In this document: positions 18,613 through 29,075 of the stretch, piece after piece | How positions within the stretch are numbered: position 1 is the stretch's first letter | Layout: each line of letters opens with the position of its first letter | Made by a program: the position numbers and the translations under genes | Virus record (IMG/VR): IMGVR_UViG_3300029305_010146 | Direction: 5' to 3' (one strand) | Origin: an uncultured virus (IMG/VR IMGVR_UViG_3300029305_010146) | Taxonomy: Duplodnaviria; Heunggongvirae; Uroviricota; Caudoviricetes | Length of the DNA: 64,000 nucleotides | The notes under the pieces: generated by a model | The model's input: only the letters and a program-made list of their open reading frames with translations | What the model was told of the DNA's origin: nothing | Databases searched by the model: none

Positions 18613-18751
18613 AAAAAAAGAACAAGACCGCATAGCGGTCCTGTCTTTTTCTTTGAAAATACACACACATAAGGAGAGTTTTATGAAAACTCGTACGCTT
18701 TTATCAAAATGAGCGATAACATTTTTATCAACCTCACATTCGAGTGTTGAT
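18613..18751 (-). ncRNA. Candidate ~140-nt small RNA
   Basis: Minus-strand TTGACA-N17-TATAAT (18786-18758), three hairpins, and a minus-strand terminator (G-U pair works only on minus) at 18613-18644. Confidence 0.6.
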
Positions 18752-18873
18752 GTAATCATTATAACACCTAAATTGTGTTTTGTCAAGTATTTTTAAACAA
18801 TATTTTTAAAATATATTGACTTTTTATAATTTACTCTTTAATATTATTTATAATATAAAATACAAAAAAAGGA

Positions 18874-19194
18874 GTGAAAACAATGAATGACAAAACATAT
18901 CAGATTAAACTTGTTTTTCATAACAGTTACGATGATATAAGTATTGAATTAGTCACTTCGGAATTTAATGAACCAACAATAGATGATATTCAAGATATAA
19001 ATACTACCAAACAATTGGTATATTATTTATCAGAAATGTTTGGCGATTCTTTATATGAATATATGGACCAAGAAATCCTTGATATGTTGGATGAAGTAGA
19101 ACTTGAAGATATTTCCGATGTTATGATTCTGGATGTTGAAGAAAACATTACATACTATATCAACCCTCAACGAAAAACTGTTGATGTGGAATAA
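18874..19194 (+). CDS. Small acidic hypothetical protein
   Basis: ORF with SD and promoter; D/E-rich. The start may be ATG 18883. Confidence 0.7.
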   Translation: MKTMNDKTYQIKLVFHNSYDDISIELVTSEFNEPTIDDIQDINTTKQLVYYLSEMFGDSLYEYMDQEILDMLDEVELEDISDVMILDVEENITYYINPQRKTVDVE

Positions 19195-19257
19195 TTTCTT
19201 GAAAGAATTTTAGCATTTTTATATACTAATTAAAAAATTATAAAGGAGTGCTTTTAA

Positions 19258-19875
19258 ATGGAAAATTCAACTTTAAGAGTAAAATTAACTAATGAAGATA
19301 TGCTAAAACTTAATAAGGATGGTGGCCTCACGGTTAAAAGTGACGACAAATTTGTAACCATCCTGTCTATCGATACAAAAGACGGAACATTAGATATGTG
19401 TTCTTTTAAGGATACACACGAAGGTTTAAAACCTGTTACTATTATCACAAAGTTTGACATGGAAAACGGTCAGCACTTTTTCAACACAATCCGTTTTGGT
19501 TCAAAAACCTTTGATAATAGAGATATTCAAGAAGTGTATTCTGACGCTCTTACAAATGCCAAAGAATTAAAAATCTACAAGAATGAAGAAAAGGAAATTG
19601 TTCCTATTGATATTGGTGACCTTTCAGAAGAGTTTTCCGACATTATTTTAGAAGCAATCGAAGAAGCAAGAAAAAAAGAAGATGCCGAAGTACTTTTGGA
19701 GATTGATGGTGAAATTTATCATTTGGATGGCAGTCTCCATGATATCGAAACCGACGTTGATAAAATCGATAATGATGATGACAAGGAAAAAGACGATGAA
19801 GATAAAGACGACGACAAGGATATCAGCGAAATTGATGACTACGATTCTTATGATGATGGACCAGCGGATTACTAA
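19258..19875 (+). CDS. Acidic hypothetical protein
   Basis: SD AAGGAG; Asp-rich C-terminus. Confidence 0.75.
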   Translation: MENSTLRVKLTNEDMLKLNKDGGLTVKSDDKFVTILSIDTKDGTLDMCSFKDTHEGLKPVTIITKFDMENGQHFFNTIRFGSKTFDNRDIQEVYSDALTNAKELKIYKNEEKEIVPIDIGDLSEEFSDIILEAIEEARKKEDAEVLLEIDGEIYHLDGSLHDIETDVDKIDNDDDKEKDDEDKDDDKDISEIDDYDSYDDGPADY

Positions 19876-19973
19876 TTTTGCTCAAAAATCTTGACAAGAT
19901 TGGATTTTTAGTGTATTATTAACACTATAAAACCGCATATTTTATATAAAATTAAAAAGGAAGTGCTATATAA

Positions 19974-20510
19974 ATGAAACGTATCTTTGCTCTATTTTTA
20001 GTATTAGTTATGACTTTTTCGTTAGTTGCCTGTGGTAACGACGATTCCGATAAAGAAGTTATTGGTGTGGCAGAATCTTATCAAAAACTTTCCTACGATG
20101 ACTTCAATAATCTCGCTATGGAAAAGGGCTTCAGTCCAGTTGAGAACACCGATAATTCAAGTTTGGAATTTAAGCGTTCCTTCGGCATCTCTAATGACAA
20201 AGGTTTCAATGTACTTTTCTATGAAGTAGAAAACACATCTATTGCTTTTACCTATTTCAATTATGTCCTTCAAACATATGAATCCTATACATCTGAATTT
20301 TCTGCTTCACAGAAATACAATGATTATGGATGCTACATTATGAAGGATGCTAATGTAACTCTCTACATCGCTTTCGTTGAAAATACCATTATGTATTCAT
20401 TGTCATCCAGCGACGATGCAACAACTTGTACAGAAAACAGAAATAAATTAGTTGAATTTGTAGAATTTATGCAGTATCCAATGCTTGATTTCCCAGAATT
20501 CAAAAAATAA
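19974..20510 (+). CDS. Lipoprotein
   Basis: MKRIFALFLVLVMTFSLVA|C lipobox. Confidence 0.85.
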   Translation: MKRIFALFLVLVMTFSLVACGNDDSDKEVIGVAESYQKLSYDDFNNLAMEKGFSPVENTDNSSLEFKRSFGISNDKGFNVLFYEVENTSIAFTYFNYVLQTYESYTSEFSASQKYNDYGCYIMKDANVTLYIAFVENTIMYSLSSSDDATTCTENRNKLVEFVEFMQYPMLDFPEFKK

Positions 20511-20525
20511 AGGAGAAGATTATAA

Positions 20526-21221
20526 ATGGAATTTCTTTTTATTTGTTTTGTAATATTTATTATAGTTTTTTCGATTGTATCATCGAAGGCGAATAAGAAG
20601 AATCAAAATAAATATCGTGATTATCCACCAGTACCCCCCATAAATAATCAGGGTTTTAATAGACAAATGCCTGAATATATGGTCAAAAATCAAATCACAA
20701 AAGAAAATCCCAATTTTTCCGAAGATAATTTCAAAAGATATGTGGAAATGGTTTACATCAAATACTTATCTTCTATTATGAAGAGAGACCCTTCTGATGT
20801 GAAAGATTTATTACATGAGGAACTATATAATACTCACGAAAATTACATTGACACTATTCGCATAGCAAAACGAAATATTCATATTGAAAACATCATTGTT
20901 AATAGTATCGCCTTTTTAGAACACAAAACAGTAAATAATGTAGAAACTGTAAAAGTTCATGTAAAAAGCAAAATGAACGAATACGAAACAGATGACAACA
21001 ATATGATTATCAGTGGTTACCGTTCGCGTATTGTTTCCAAAGACGATGTCCTTACATTCCAAAGAGACTATAATTCATTATACGATAAGGCTATTGTTTG
21101 CCAAAACTGTGGTGCAAGTTTATCATCTGTTGCCAAAAGTTGTGATTACTGTGGTACAGTTGTTAAATTTAACGACAAAACAAACTCTGGCTGGAAACTT
21201 TGCGATGTAACGACACTGTAA
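20526..21221 (+). CDS. Tim44-like domain protein with N-terminal TM and C-terminal zinc ribbon
   Basis: 'NPNFSEDNF...Y' and 'SKMNEYETD...ISG...DVLTFQR' segments; CQNCGA...CDYCG. Confidence 0.75.
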   Translation: MEFLFICFVIFIIVFSIVSSKANKKNQNKYRDYPPVPPINNQGFNRQMPEYMVKNQITKENPNFSEDNFKRYVEMVYIKYLSSIMKRDPSDVKDLLHEELYNTHENYIDTIRIAKRNIHIENIIVNSIAFLEHKTVNNVETVKVHVKSKMNEYETDDNNMIISGYRSRIVSKDDVLTFQRDYNSLYDKAIVCQNCGASLSSVAKSCDYCGTVVKFNDKTNSGWKLCDVTTL

Positions 21222-21384
21222 GACACAATATTCCGCACGCGATGCACTCATATTTAATGTGTGGAAACAAATTGAATATGAAATTGCATCCGAACAATAC
21301 TATTTCTGAAATACAAAAACTGCGGAGCAATTCGCAGTTTTTTCTTTGATAGTATAACTGATTTCGACAGGAGGTCGATTACAT

Positions 21385-22812
21385 ATGTTTTTCAAAACAA
21401 TTTTTATTTATGTGTTGAATGTATATAAGTTTTTACGAAAGAGACTTAATGACTTTTCAACATCGCTTATAACAAAAGGTTTAAGCATAACTAAAATACC
21501 CCGTGTGATAACAGAATCAATTTGTACTTTTTTCGGAGAACATTTCCGCTTGGAAAAGAAAAAATTTTTAGTTTCTGTAATCTCATTTATTCTTATTTTG
21601 TCAACATTGATTGCTACAGGGTCTATCTCAAAAGTTGCTATTTATATTAACGGCGAAAAAATTGGTTATGTCGAAAATGAAGACGAGGCCGTACAAATTA
21701 TCGAAGAATACAACGATTTTGCAAACGAAAATTATGGTAAAACAGACATTATTTTGCAAAACGAAATTTCACTTTCTCAAAGTCTTTTGAGTAGCGGGGA
21801 CCTACAAAATACAATCGATGGTGTTAAAAACGAAGAATTCACAAATGCATACATGCTTTATTTTGACGATGCATTGATTGCTGTTACAGAATCGCCAGAT
21901 GTTTTAAGAAATGTTATTTCCCAAATCGAAAGTGATGTAACTGCTCTTTTGGGCAATAATGCCTCTATTTACAATAGCATTCAAATTAAAAACGAATTTT
22001 ATCCAACAAGTCAATTAAGTGACCCAACAAAATTATATTCAACAATCGTTGGTGTTGATACAATCACGAGAAATCTTATCACACCATCCGTCATTTTATC
22101 TGACAATAACGAACCAATTAAACTATATTCGTTGAATGGTATTTTATTTGAGACTTATGAATATTACAAAGTGGAAAGATTCTTAAAATCCGAAACAGTC
22201 TTCAAAAATGATGATACGATGTATAAGGGTTCTCAAAAACTCGTTACCGTTGGCAATGACGGTGCCGCAATCGATTTTTATAAGAGAACAATCTTTGAGG
22301 GTGAAGTACAAAACACTGAACTTATTGATACAAATATTACTACCGCCAAAGTTGACACGACTATCTTAACTGGAACAAAAGAAATTAACTGGAAAGAAGA
22401 CCCCAAAGTTCTTTTATTCCCACTCGGTACAAACAATTTCAGATACAGTTCAGAATTTGGTGGTAGAAGCGACCCATTCACTGGTGAATATGCTTACCAT
22501 AGTGGTATTGACCTTGGTTGTGCTTCTGGAACTTCCGTGCTTGCCGCTGATAGTGGCATCGTAGTCACTTCCACAAACTCTGACGGCAGTGCTGGTATTT
22601 ATATTTCTATCTTGCACGACAATGGTCTTACAACCACCTATATGCACTTATCCAAGCGTTTAGTAAAGGTTGGAGACAGAGTATATGCTGGTCAGCAAAT
22701 CGCCTTAAGTGGCAACACAGGTCGTTCTACGGGACCTCACTTACACTTCACAGTCCTTGATGTGAATGGTAACTTGGTTAACCCAAGAAGATTTACCCAA
22801 TTTCCAAAATAA
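21385..22812 (+). CDS. M23 peptidase with G5 domain (cell-wall endopeptidase)
   Basis: HSGID, YMHLS and STGPHLHF zinc motifs; G5-like 'DDTMYKGSQKLVTVGNDG'; N-terminal TM. Confidence 0.92.
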   Translation: MFFKTIFIYVLNVYKFLRKRLNDFSTSLITKGLSITKIPRVITESICTFFGEHFRLEKKKFLVSVISFILILSTLIATGSISKVAIYINGEKIGYVENEDEAVQIIEEYNDFANENYGKTDIILQNEISLSQSLLSSGDLQNTIDGVKNEEFTNAYMLYFDDALIAVTESPDVLRNVISQIESDVTALLGNNASIYNSIQIKNEFYPTSQLSDPTKLYSTIVGVDTITRNLITPSVILSDNNEPIKLYSLNGILFETYEYYKVERFLKSETVFKNDDTMYKGSQKLVTVGNDGAAIDFYKRTIFEGEVQNTELIDTNITTAKVDTTILTGTKEINWKEDPKVLLFPLGTNNFRYSSEFGGRSDPFTGEYAYHSGIDLGCASGTSVLAADSGIVVTSTNSDGSAGIYISILHDNGLTTTYMHLSKRLVKVGDRVYAGQQIALSGNTGRSTGPHLHFTVLDVNGNLVNPRRFTQFPK

Positions 22813-22909
22813 CATTAAATCCGAGACAATATTGTCTCGGATTTTTTCATTGACAAGAAAAAAAAATCATTTATGCTATGTTTAATACAAATGAAAGGAA
22901 TGATTTTTC

Positions 22910-24190
22910 ATGAAATTACTTAAACCAAAAGCGGGTTTTACTTTGATTGAATTACTTGTTGTCATTGGTATTTTGGCAGTTCTTGCTGCTATTGCAATTC
23001 CTTCCGTTGCTGGTTTGATTGACAGAGCAAATGTCTCTGCTGATAAAACAAATGCCAATGAAATGACAAATGCAATCGAGAGATTTGCATCAGAGTACGA
23101 ACTCTATTGCCAAGACATTGCTTCTGGTGCATTAGACCCAGATAATTTGGACAGTGCACAAGGTAGAGTTAAAAATGTAGTTGGTGTAACAACTCGTGCT
23201 GGTATTGAAGATTTGGAAATCGGTCAAGGCGAAACAGTAGCAGATGATGTGGTTGCTATTTACCGTGATACCAAATATCCAGTTAATGCAACAACTATGA
23301 AAAAGGTAGTTGAAAACTACACCAAAACCAGTTCTTCTACTTTTGAACCAAAGCAAAGCGATATGCACTATTGGTATTCACCAGATTGTGGTGTAGTTGT
23401 ATTTGCCGAACCAGATGCTGATGCAGTTAATGACCTCAATAGTCAAATTCAATCTGGTCAAGATGCAAAAGGTAATGACCTTGGTTCTACAACACAGTGG
23501 ATTGACCTCACTCTTGGCGCTACTTTAAGTGGCGGTGCTTCTCTTGATATGTCCACTGTCGATTCAACTCTTGCTAATAATGACTGGGCAACAATCAAAG
23601 CAGTCATCCAAGCAGGTAAAGTTTCTGATGCTGGTTGGAAATCAGGAGACTTAACTCCAAGTTTCACAATTAACGGTAACACAAGACAAGCAAGAATTGT
23701 AGATATCAATAGTAATAAAGTTACATTTATGCTTACGTCAAGCATTGGAACCCACAATATGAATACTCTTGAGACCAACACTGGTGGTTATGCTGATTCT
23801 CAAATGAAAGTATGGTTGGATGGAGAAGTATATAATAATCTCGATGCAGATTTAAAAGCAGTGATTAGTTCTACAACTATTACTTGTGCTGACGGTTATA
23901 ATAGTCCTAATGGCACAAAGAGCACAACTTGTTATTTATTCTTACCTTCCATTAAAGAAGTTGGTCTTAATGACGATATTTCAAGTTGGTATTCATATAT
24001 GACTGCAATTGAAGCAGAAGGCGAAACATTTGATTATTTCGCCGAAAGTGGTTACATTGACGATTGGTTCTGGCTTCGTTCGCCTTATTCTTACAATGAC
24101 GACCATTTTTTCCTTTTCTACTATGGCGTTAACGACTGTTACGGTGCTTGCGATGGCAACTCTGTTTACCCCGCCTTCGTTATTGGTTAA
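22910..24190 (+). CDS. Type IV pilin fused to a DUF6273-like (CLec-type) C-terminal domain; putative DGR target
   Basis: G|FTLIELLVVI pilin module homologous to 4552/13973. The C-terminus has FLPSIKEV...WFWLRSP...VYPAF and a 35-codon NNY run. Confidence 0.85.
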   Translation: MKLLKPKAGFTLIELLVVIGILAVLAAIAIPSVAGLIDRANVSADKTNANEMTNAIERFASEYELYCQDIASGALDPDNLDSAQGRVKNVVGVTTRAGIEDLEIGQGETVADDVVAIYRDTKYPVNATTMKKVVENYTKTSSSTFEPKQSDMHYWYSPDCGVVVFAEPDADAVNDLNSQIQSGQDAKGNDLGSTTQWIDLTLGATLSGGASLDMSTVDSTLANNDWATIKAVIQAGKVSDAGWKSGDLTPSFTINGNTRQARIVDINSNKVTFMLTSSIGTHNMNTLETNTGGYADSQMKVWLDGEVYNNLDADLKAVISSTTITCADGYNSPNGTKSTTCYLFLPSIKEVGLNDDISSWYSYMTAIEAEGETFDYFAESGYIDDWFWLRSPYSYNDDHFFLFYYGVNDCYGACDGNSVYPAFVIG

Positions 24191-24206
24191 TTAAATTATT
24201 ACAACA

Positions 24207-24243
24207 AAATACCCATTGTCTCAATGTGAGACAATGGGTATTT
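24207..24243. terminator. Perfect 17-bp hairpin (bidirectional terminator / possible DGR target hairpin)
   Basis: AAATACCCATTGTCTCA-ATG-TGAGACAATGGGTATTT between convergent genes. Confidence 0.8.
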
Positions 24244-24252
24244 ATTTTTATT

Positions 24253-27200
24253 TTATTCAGTTCTTAACGCCTCTACTGGGTCTTTCTTTGCCGCCATACG
24301 AGATGGGAATAGACCAGCAATCAAGGTAAGTCCGATACTCAACAATACAAGCAAGTATCCATACCAAGGCAATACTGCAGTCAAAGACGAAATTCCTGTG
24401 ATACTTTGTGCAATCAAACTTACTGGGATACACAACAGCACCGTAGTAACAATACCTACAAGACCCGCAAGGAAACCAACAATCATCGTTTCCGCATTAA
24501 ATACACGAGAAACATCCTTCTTGGAAGCACCAATGGCACGAAGGATACCGATTTCCTTTGTTCTTTCAAGAACAGAAATATAAGTGATGATGCCAATCAT
24601 AATAGAAGATACTACAAGAGAGATAGACACAAAGCAAATCAATACAACAGAAATTGCGGTAATGATACTCGACACAGAAGACATAAGCATCGCCGCCATA
24701 TCGGTGTATTCGATTTTATTTTCTTCAGCAGCATTTGCATTGTAGTCATCAATCATATCTGCGATTTTATCTTTCATCTCAAAGTTAATCGGATAAATAT
24801 AGATAAAGTCTGGGTCTGTAATGTCGGTTGTTCCGAGCATTTTTAGAACTTCACTTTGTGTTTTGTCGGATGCCTTATCTGGCATATGGTTGTCGTAGAA
24901 ATAGATATAGTCTTCATTAGTTGCATCCGCCAAATACTTTTCAAATGCAGTGACAACTTTTGCATTTTTATCTGCCACCGAAGTCATACCACTATATTGT
25001 GCATACAACTGTGTTGCGTTTTCTACAATGGTTTGTTCGAATACTTTATTGAATTGTTCTGCAGACATTGCTGAAAGCACTGCCATTGCACTTTGCATAT
25101 CCATACCAGTTTTTGTTGCCCATTTTTGTGCTACAAAACCAATATCGATTTGCTGTTTCATCATCGTTGCCTGCACTTCTGGAAGATTTGTAATATCTTT
25201 ATACATTTCTGCCAAAATCATGTTTTTCATTTCTGACAATTCTTTTGCAGAAGGTTGTGCATAAATTTCTTTGATTGCTTTTGTCGCATTTTCTGCATAT
25301 TGTGCAACAATCATTTCTTTAACGGTTTCTCTTAAAAGTTCGATAAGTTCTTCCTTATTGTAACCGCTTAACATAGAATCAATAAGTTCTTCACTGTAAC
25401 CCAATTCATCAGCATACTGTGATTTAATATCGGCAACAATCTCTTCGACCGTCTTATCGTCATAAGAACCAAGAATTGAGTTTAATGTCTCTTCAACAAA
25501 TTTTTCATTTGGTAAAGCGAGAATTCTTTCATAGAGTTTCGCCTTTTCGTTATCAGTCAAACCGTTAACATATTCCTTAAATGCTTCAACTTTTTGTTCG
25601 TCGTTAAGTTCTTCTTCCGTTGCAATATTGAAAGGCAAACCAGTAATGATATTTGTTTCTGCATTTGCCATTTGCTGTTTTACAATTTCAGAATTAGCAA
25701 CTTGTTCTGTATAATATTCTGTCAATGCCTTTGTATAATACAAAGAACCGCCCAAGAATGGTGCAGTAGCATCAGGATTTGGTTTTACGATACCAACAAC
25801 ATTGAGTGTCATTCCTTTACTAATAATTGAATTTAACAATGCTTGATTATCAGAAATGTCAACCCATAACTTCAAAGATTCATCATATTGGTAATAATCG
25901 GTTGGAAGAACCATCTGCAATGGAATATTACAAATTTCTTCATAACTCCAAGATTTATTTTCGTATTTATCCCAACCATTATCTTCTTTGCCCATCATTG
26001 CGGCAATAGTCGCATTTACCATTGTTTCTTGGTCAACTAAACCAAGAGAGTGTAATGTAACATCAGAGATTTCGTTATTTTCGTTCAAAACAAGAAGAAT
26101 CTCATTTTTTTCTGTTGGCCATTTACCATAAACAAGGTCATACTGGTCAGTTACCAATTTACTAACTTCATAACTATTAGGGTTGGTAATGAGTTCAGAC
26201 CAAACTTTTACAGAACCAGAACTCTCTATTACAGAAGAAATACCAGACATCATTTGTCCGCCACTCATTGCACCACTCATAAGGTCTGCAAAATCTGCCT
26301 TTGCATATTTACCAGTCGGGTCTTTTGCATAAACATTAAGTTTGATGTTATAACCATATTGAACAGCATTTGAATATTCGGACAATTGGTCTTTGTTTTT
26401 ATCTAAATAAATTTTCAAATCGTGAAGGTTATTTTGAGTTTTTTCTGCATTGAGCAAACTCTTCATCATCTTAAACATTACGGGATTTCCGTAAACACCT
26501 TCTCTATTTGACTTATCTACACCATCATCCTTTGATGAAGATTCTCCCATCATTCCCTCCATCAATGCTGACATATCGGTTGATTCTTTTTCAATCTGAA
26601 TTGGAAAAGAAGATAGGGTATCTTGTTGTACGGCATCGATATAATTTTGAACACCTGTTGAGATAGCCAAAATCATTGCAATACCAATAATTCCGATACT
26701 ACCAGCGAACGATGTTAGAACCGTTCTGCCCTTTTTAGTAAGCAAGTTTTTAAAACTCAAAGACAGTGCAGTAAGGAAATTCATAGAAGTTTTCTTTGTT
26801 TTTTCCTCTCTGATTTCTTTGGTTTGCTTTTCATGATAAGGATTTGAATCGTCTGTAATTTTACCGTCAAGAATGCGAATAATACGAGAAGAATATCTCT
26901 CTGCTAATTCTGGATTATGTGTAACCATAATAACAAGTTTATCCTTCGCAATTTCCTTTAACAAATCCATAATCTGTTCGCTTGTGACAGTATCAAGTGC
27001 ACCAGTGGGTTCATCCGCCAATAAGATGTCTGGATTATTAACAAGTGCACGAGCAATTGCAACTCTCTGCATCTGTCCACCAGACATTTGATTTGGCTTC
27101 TTGTGAATTTGGTCTTCCAATCCGACTGACTTTAGTGCATCGATTGCTCTTTTTCTTCTTTCTCTTTTAGAGACACCAGAGAGAGTTAATGCAAGTTCTA

Positions 27201-27510
27201 CATTCGATAGAACAGACTGGTGTGTAATCAAGTTATAACTTTGGAATACAAAACCAACCGAGTGGTTTCTATACGAATCCCAATCTTTATCTTTATACTT
27301 TTTGGTAGAAACACCATTAATAATTAAATCACCGCTTGTATATTGGTCAAGACCGCCCACAATATTCAGTAATGTGGTTTTGCCACCACCACTTGGTCCA
27401 AGAATAGAAACAAATTCACTTTTTCTGAACTGCAAATTTACATCATCAAGAGCGAGTACATCTGAACCAGCGGTAGTATATTTTTTAGATATTTTTCTTA
27501 ACTCTAACAT
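24253..27510 (-). CDS. MacB-like fused ABC ATPase/permease
   Basis: GPSGGGKTT, MSGGQMQR, LADEPTGALD; FtsX-like C-terminus 'ERTKEIGILRAIGA...DPVEALR'; start MLELRK at 27510. Confidence 0.95.
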   Translation of the reverse strand: MLELRKISKKYTTAGSDVLALDDVNLQFRKSEFVSILGPSGGGKTTLLNIVGGLDQYTSGDLIINGVSTKKYKDKDWDSYRNHSVGFVFQSYNLITHQSVLSNVELALTLSGVSKRERRKRAIDALKSVGLEDQIHKKPNQMSGGQMQRVAIARALVNNPDILLADEPTGALDTVTSEQIMDLLKEIAKDKLVIMVTHNPELAERYSSRIIRILDGKITDDSNPYHEKQTKEIREEKTKKTSMNFLTALSLSFKNLLTKKGRTVLTSFAGSIGIIGIAMILAISTGVQNYIDAVQQDTLSSFPIQIEKESTDMSALMEGMMGESSSKDDGVDKSNREGVYGNPVMFKMMKSLLNAEKTQNNLHDLKIYLDKNKDQLSEYSNAVQYGYNIKLNVYAKDPTGKYAKADFADLMSGAMSGGQMMSGISSVIESSGSVKVWSELITNPNSYEVSKLVTDQYDLVYGKWPTEKNEILLVLNENNEISDVTLHSLGLVDQETMVNATIAAMMGKEDNGWDKYENKSWSYEEICNIPLQMVLPTDYYQYDESLKLWVDISDNQALLNSIISKGMTLNVVGIVKPNPDATAPFLGGSLYYTKALTEYYTEQVANSEIVKQQMANAETNIITGLPFNIATEEELNDEQKVEAFKEYVNGLTDNEKAKLYERILALPNEKFVEETLNSILGSYDDKTVEEIVADIKSQYADELGYSEELIDSMLSGYNKEELIELLRETVKEMIVAQYAENATKAIKEIYAQPSAKELSEMKNMILAEMYKDITNLPEVQATMMKQQIDIGFVAQKWATKTGMDMQSAMAVLSAMSAEQFNKVFEQTIVENATQLYAQYSGMTSVADKNAKVVTAFEKYLADATNEDYIYFYDNHMPDKASDKTQSEVLKMLGTTDITDPDFIYIYPINFEMKDKIADMIDDYNANAAEENKIEYTDMAAMLMSSVSSIITAISVVLICFVSISLVVSSIMIGIITYISVLERTKEIGILRAIGASKKDVSRVFNAETMIVGFLAGLVGIVTTVLLCIPVSLIAQSITGISSLTAVLPWYGYLLVLLSIGLTLIAGLFPSRMAAKKDPVEALRTE

Positions 27511-27662
27511 ATAATACTTCCCTTCATAGATTCTTATTGAAAATATAACACATTTTCTATGATTTGTCAATATGCTTCAGTTGTGTTACAGGGGTTGACT
27601 TTGCTATACTTTTATGTTATAATATACTAACAGTACGTTCGTATCGAAAGGAGTTTTATATT

Positions 27663-28163
27663 ATGAAAAGAGTTTTTTTACTCCTATTATCTATGGTTTT
27701 GATAATGGGATGTTTTTCAGGATGTAATCTATTTGAAGAAAAGGTCGTTGTTGAAGAAACGATTGATGTTGAAACGATTTCTCATGAAAGAATGGAAGAA
27801 TTAGTAATCGCAAACAATGATGTTGTTAGCACTATTTATGGCGAACCAAAGTTTTTTAGCACAGCAGAACTTCGTGCTCATGTTTCTGAATATTATACAG
27901 AAACTATTGTCCGAGAATACTTTGCAACAAGAATCTTTTATGATGAAAACAACACAATTAAGTGCAATATTTTAGTTCAAGAAGGACAAGAAAATCTATG
28001 TAATTTAGAATACAAAATTGACTATAAAAATATCTATCTATTAAACGGTTACCAGACATTTTCTGTTAAGTTTTTCGACGATGATACAGAAATTGATGTG
28101 AAATTCACTGTATGTAAAGACGAAAAGACAAATGAATGGGTAATGACAGATATATTCTTCTAA
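27663..28163 (+). CDS. Lipoprotein
   Basis: MKRVFLLLLSMVLIMGCFSG|C; SD AAGGAG. Confidence 0.8.
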   Translation: MKRVFLLLLSMVLIMGCFSGCNLFEEKVVVEETIDVETISHERMEELVIANNDVVSTIYGEPKFFSTAELRAHVSEYYTETIVREYFATRIFYDENNTIKCNILVQEGQENLCNLEYKIDYKNIYLLNGYQTFSVKFFDDDTEIDVKFTVCKDEKTNEWVMTDIFF

Positions 28164-28175
28164 TGAGGTAAAATA

Positions 28176-28994
28176 ATGGATAAATTAAAAGAACTACTAA
28201 CTTTGGAAAATGTAATTTCTGTTGGAGTTACTATTTTAAAACCAATTCTTATCTTACTTATATGTAAGATTGTAATCAATATTCTATCTAAAATCGCAAC
28301 AAAAGTATTAGATAATACGAAACTCGAAAACGGTGTAAAAGGTTTCATCAAATCTGGCATCAAAATTTTTCTTTGGGTTATTTCTATTGTTGTAGTTGCT
28401 GGAACGATTGGTGTAGACACAGCATCTTTGGTAACTTTACTTGGTGTTGTTTCGTTGGCACTGTCTTTGTCGTTCCAGAATATTATGACAAATGTTTTTT
28501 CTGGCATCACAATCTTAATATCAAAACCATTTTCTGTTGGTGATTATGTAGAGATTGCAGGTGTTGGAGGAACAGTCAAATCCATTGAGTTGATGCGTAC
28601 AACACTTGTCACACCAGATAAAAAGATTGAGTTCATTCCTAATGGCGATGTTTGTGCTCAAAGAATTACTAACTATTCATTAGAACCCATTCGTCGTGTA
28701 GAGATTAAAGTAAGTGCATCTTACAATGCCCAAACCGAAGATGTTAAAAATGCTATTTTTGAAGTACTCAATGCTGACAAGAGAATCATTCAAGAAGAAG
28801 ACCAGAAACCTACCGTTAGACTTTTTGCATATAATGAAAACGATATTCAGTATGTAATTCGTATGTATACTGAAAATGCAAATTACTGGGACGTTTACTT
28901 TGATGTTTTAGAAAATATCCGTGAAAGTTTTAATAAACACAATATTGAATTTTCCTATCCGCACAGAGTTGTTCATATTCAAAAAGACGAATAA
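28176..28994 (+). CDS. mscS: Small-conductance mechanosensitive channel
   Basis: 3 TM segments; 'SGITILISKPFSVGDYVEI...G.V..I.L..T...PN'; C-terminal 'IEFSYPHR'. Confidence 0.92.
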   Translation: MDKLKELLTLENVISVGVTILKPILILLICKIVINILSKIATKVLDNTKLENGVKGFIKSGIKIFLWVISIVVVAGTIGVDTASLVTLLGVVSLALSLSFQNIMTNVFSGITILISKPFSVGDYVEIAGVGGTVKSIELMRTTLVTPDKKIEFIPNGDVCAQRITNYSLEPIRRVEIKVSASYNAQTEDVKNAIFEVLNADKRIIQEEDQKPTVRLFAYNENDIQYVIRMYTENANYWDVYFDVLENIRESFNKHNIEFSYPHRVVHIQKDE

Positions 28995-29075
28995 GCATTT
29001 TTCTTGATAATAAAATGCTTTTATCTCATAATTTTAATATCACTTTATGTGAAAAAATTAGAAGGAGGATATTTT

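Noticed and set aside
21225..21345. c-di-AMP (ydaO) riboswitch upstream of the M23 peptidase
   Set aside because: The characteristic GCTGAATCC...GGGGGA blocks are absent.
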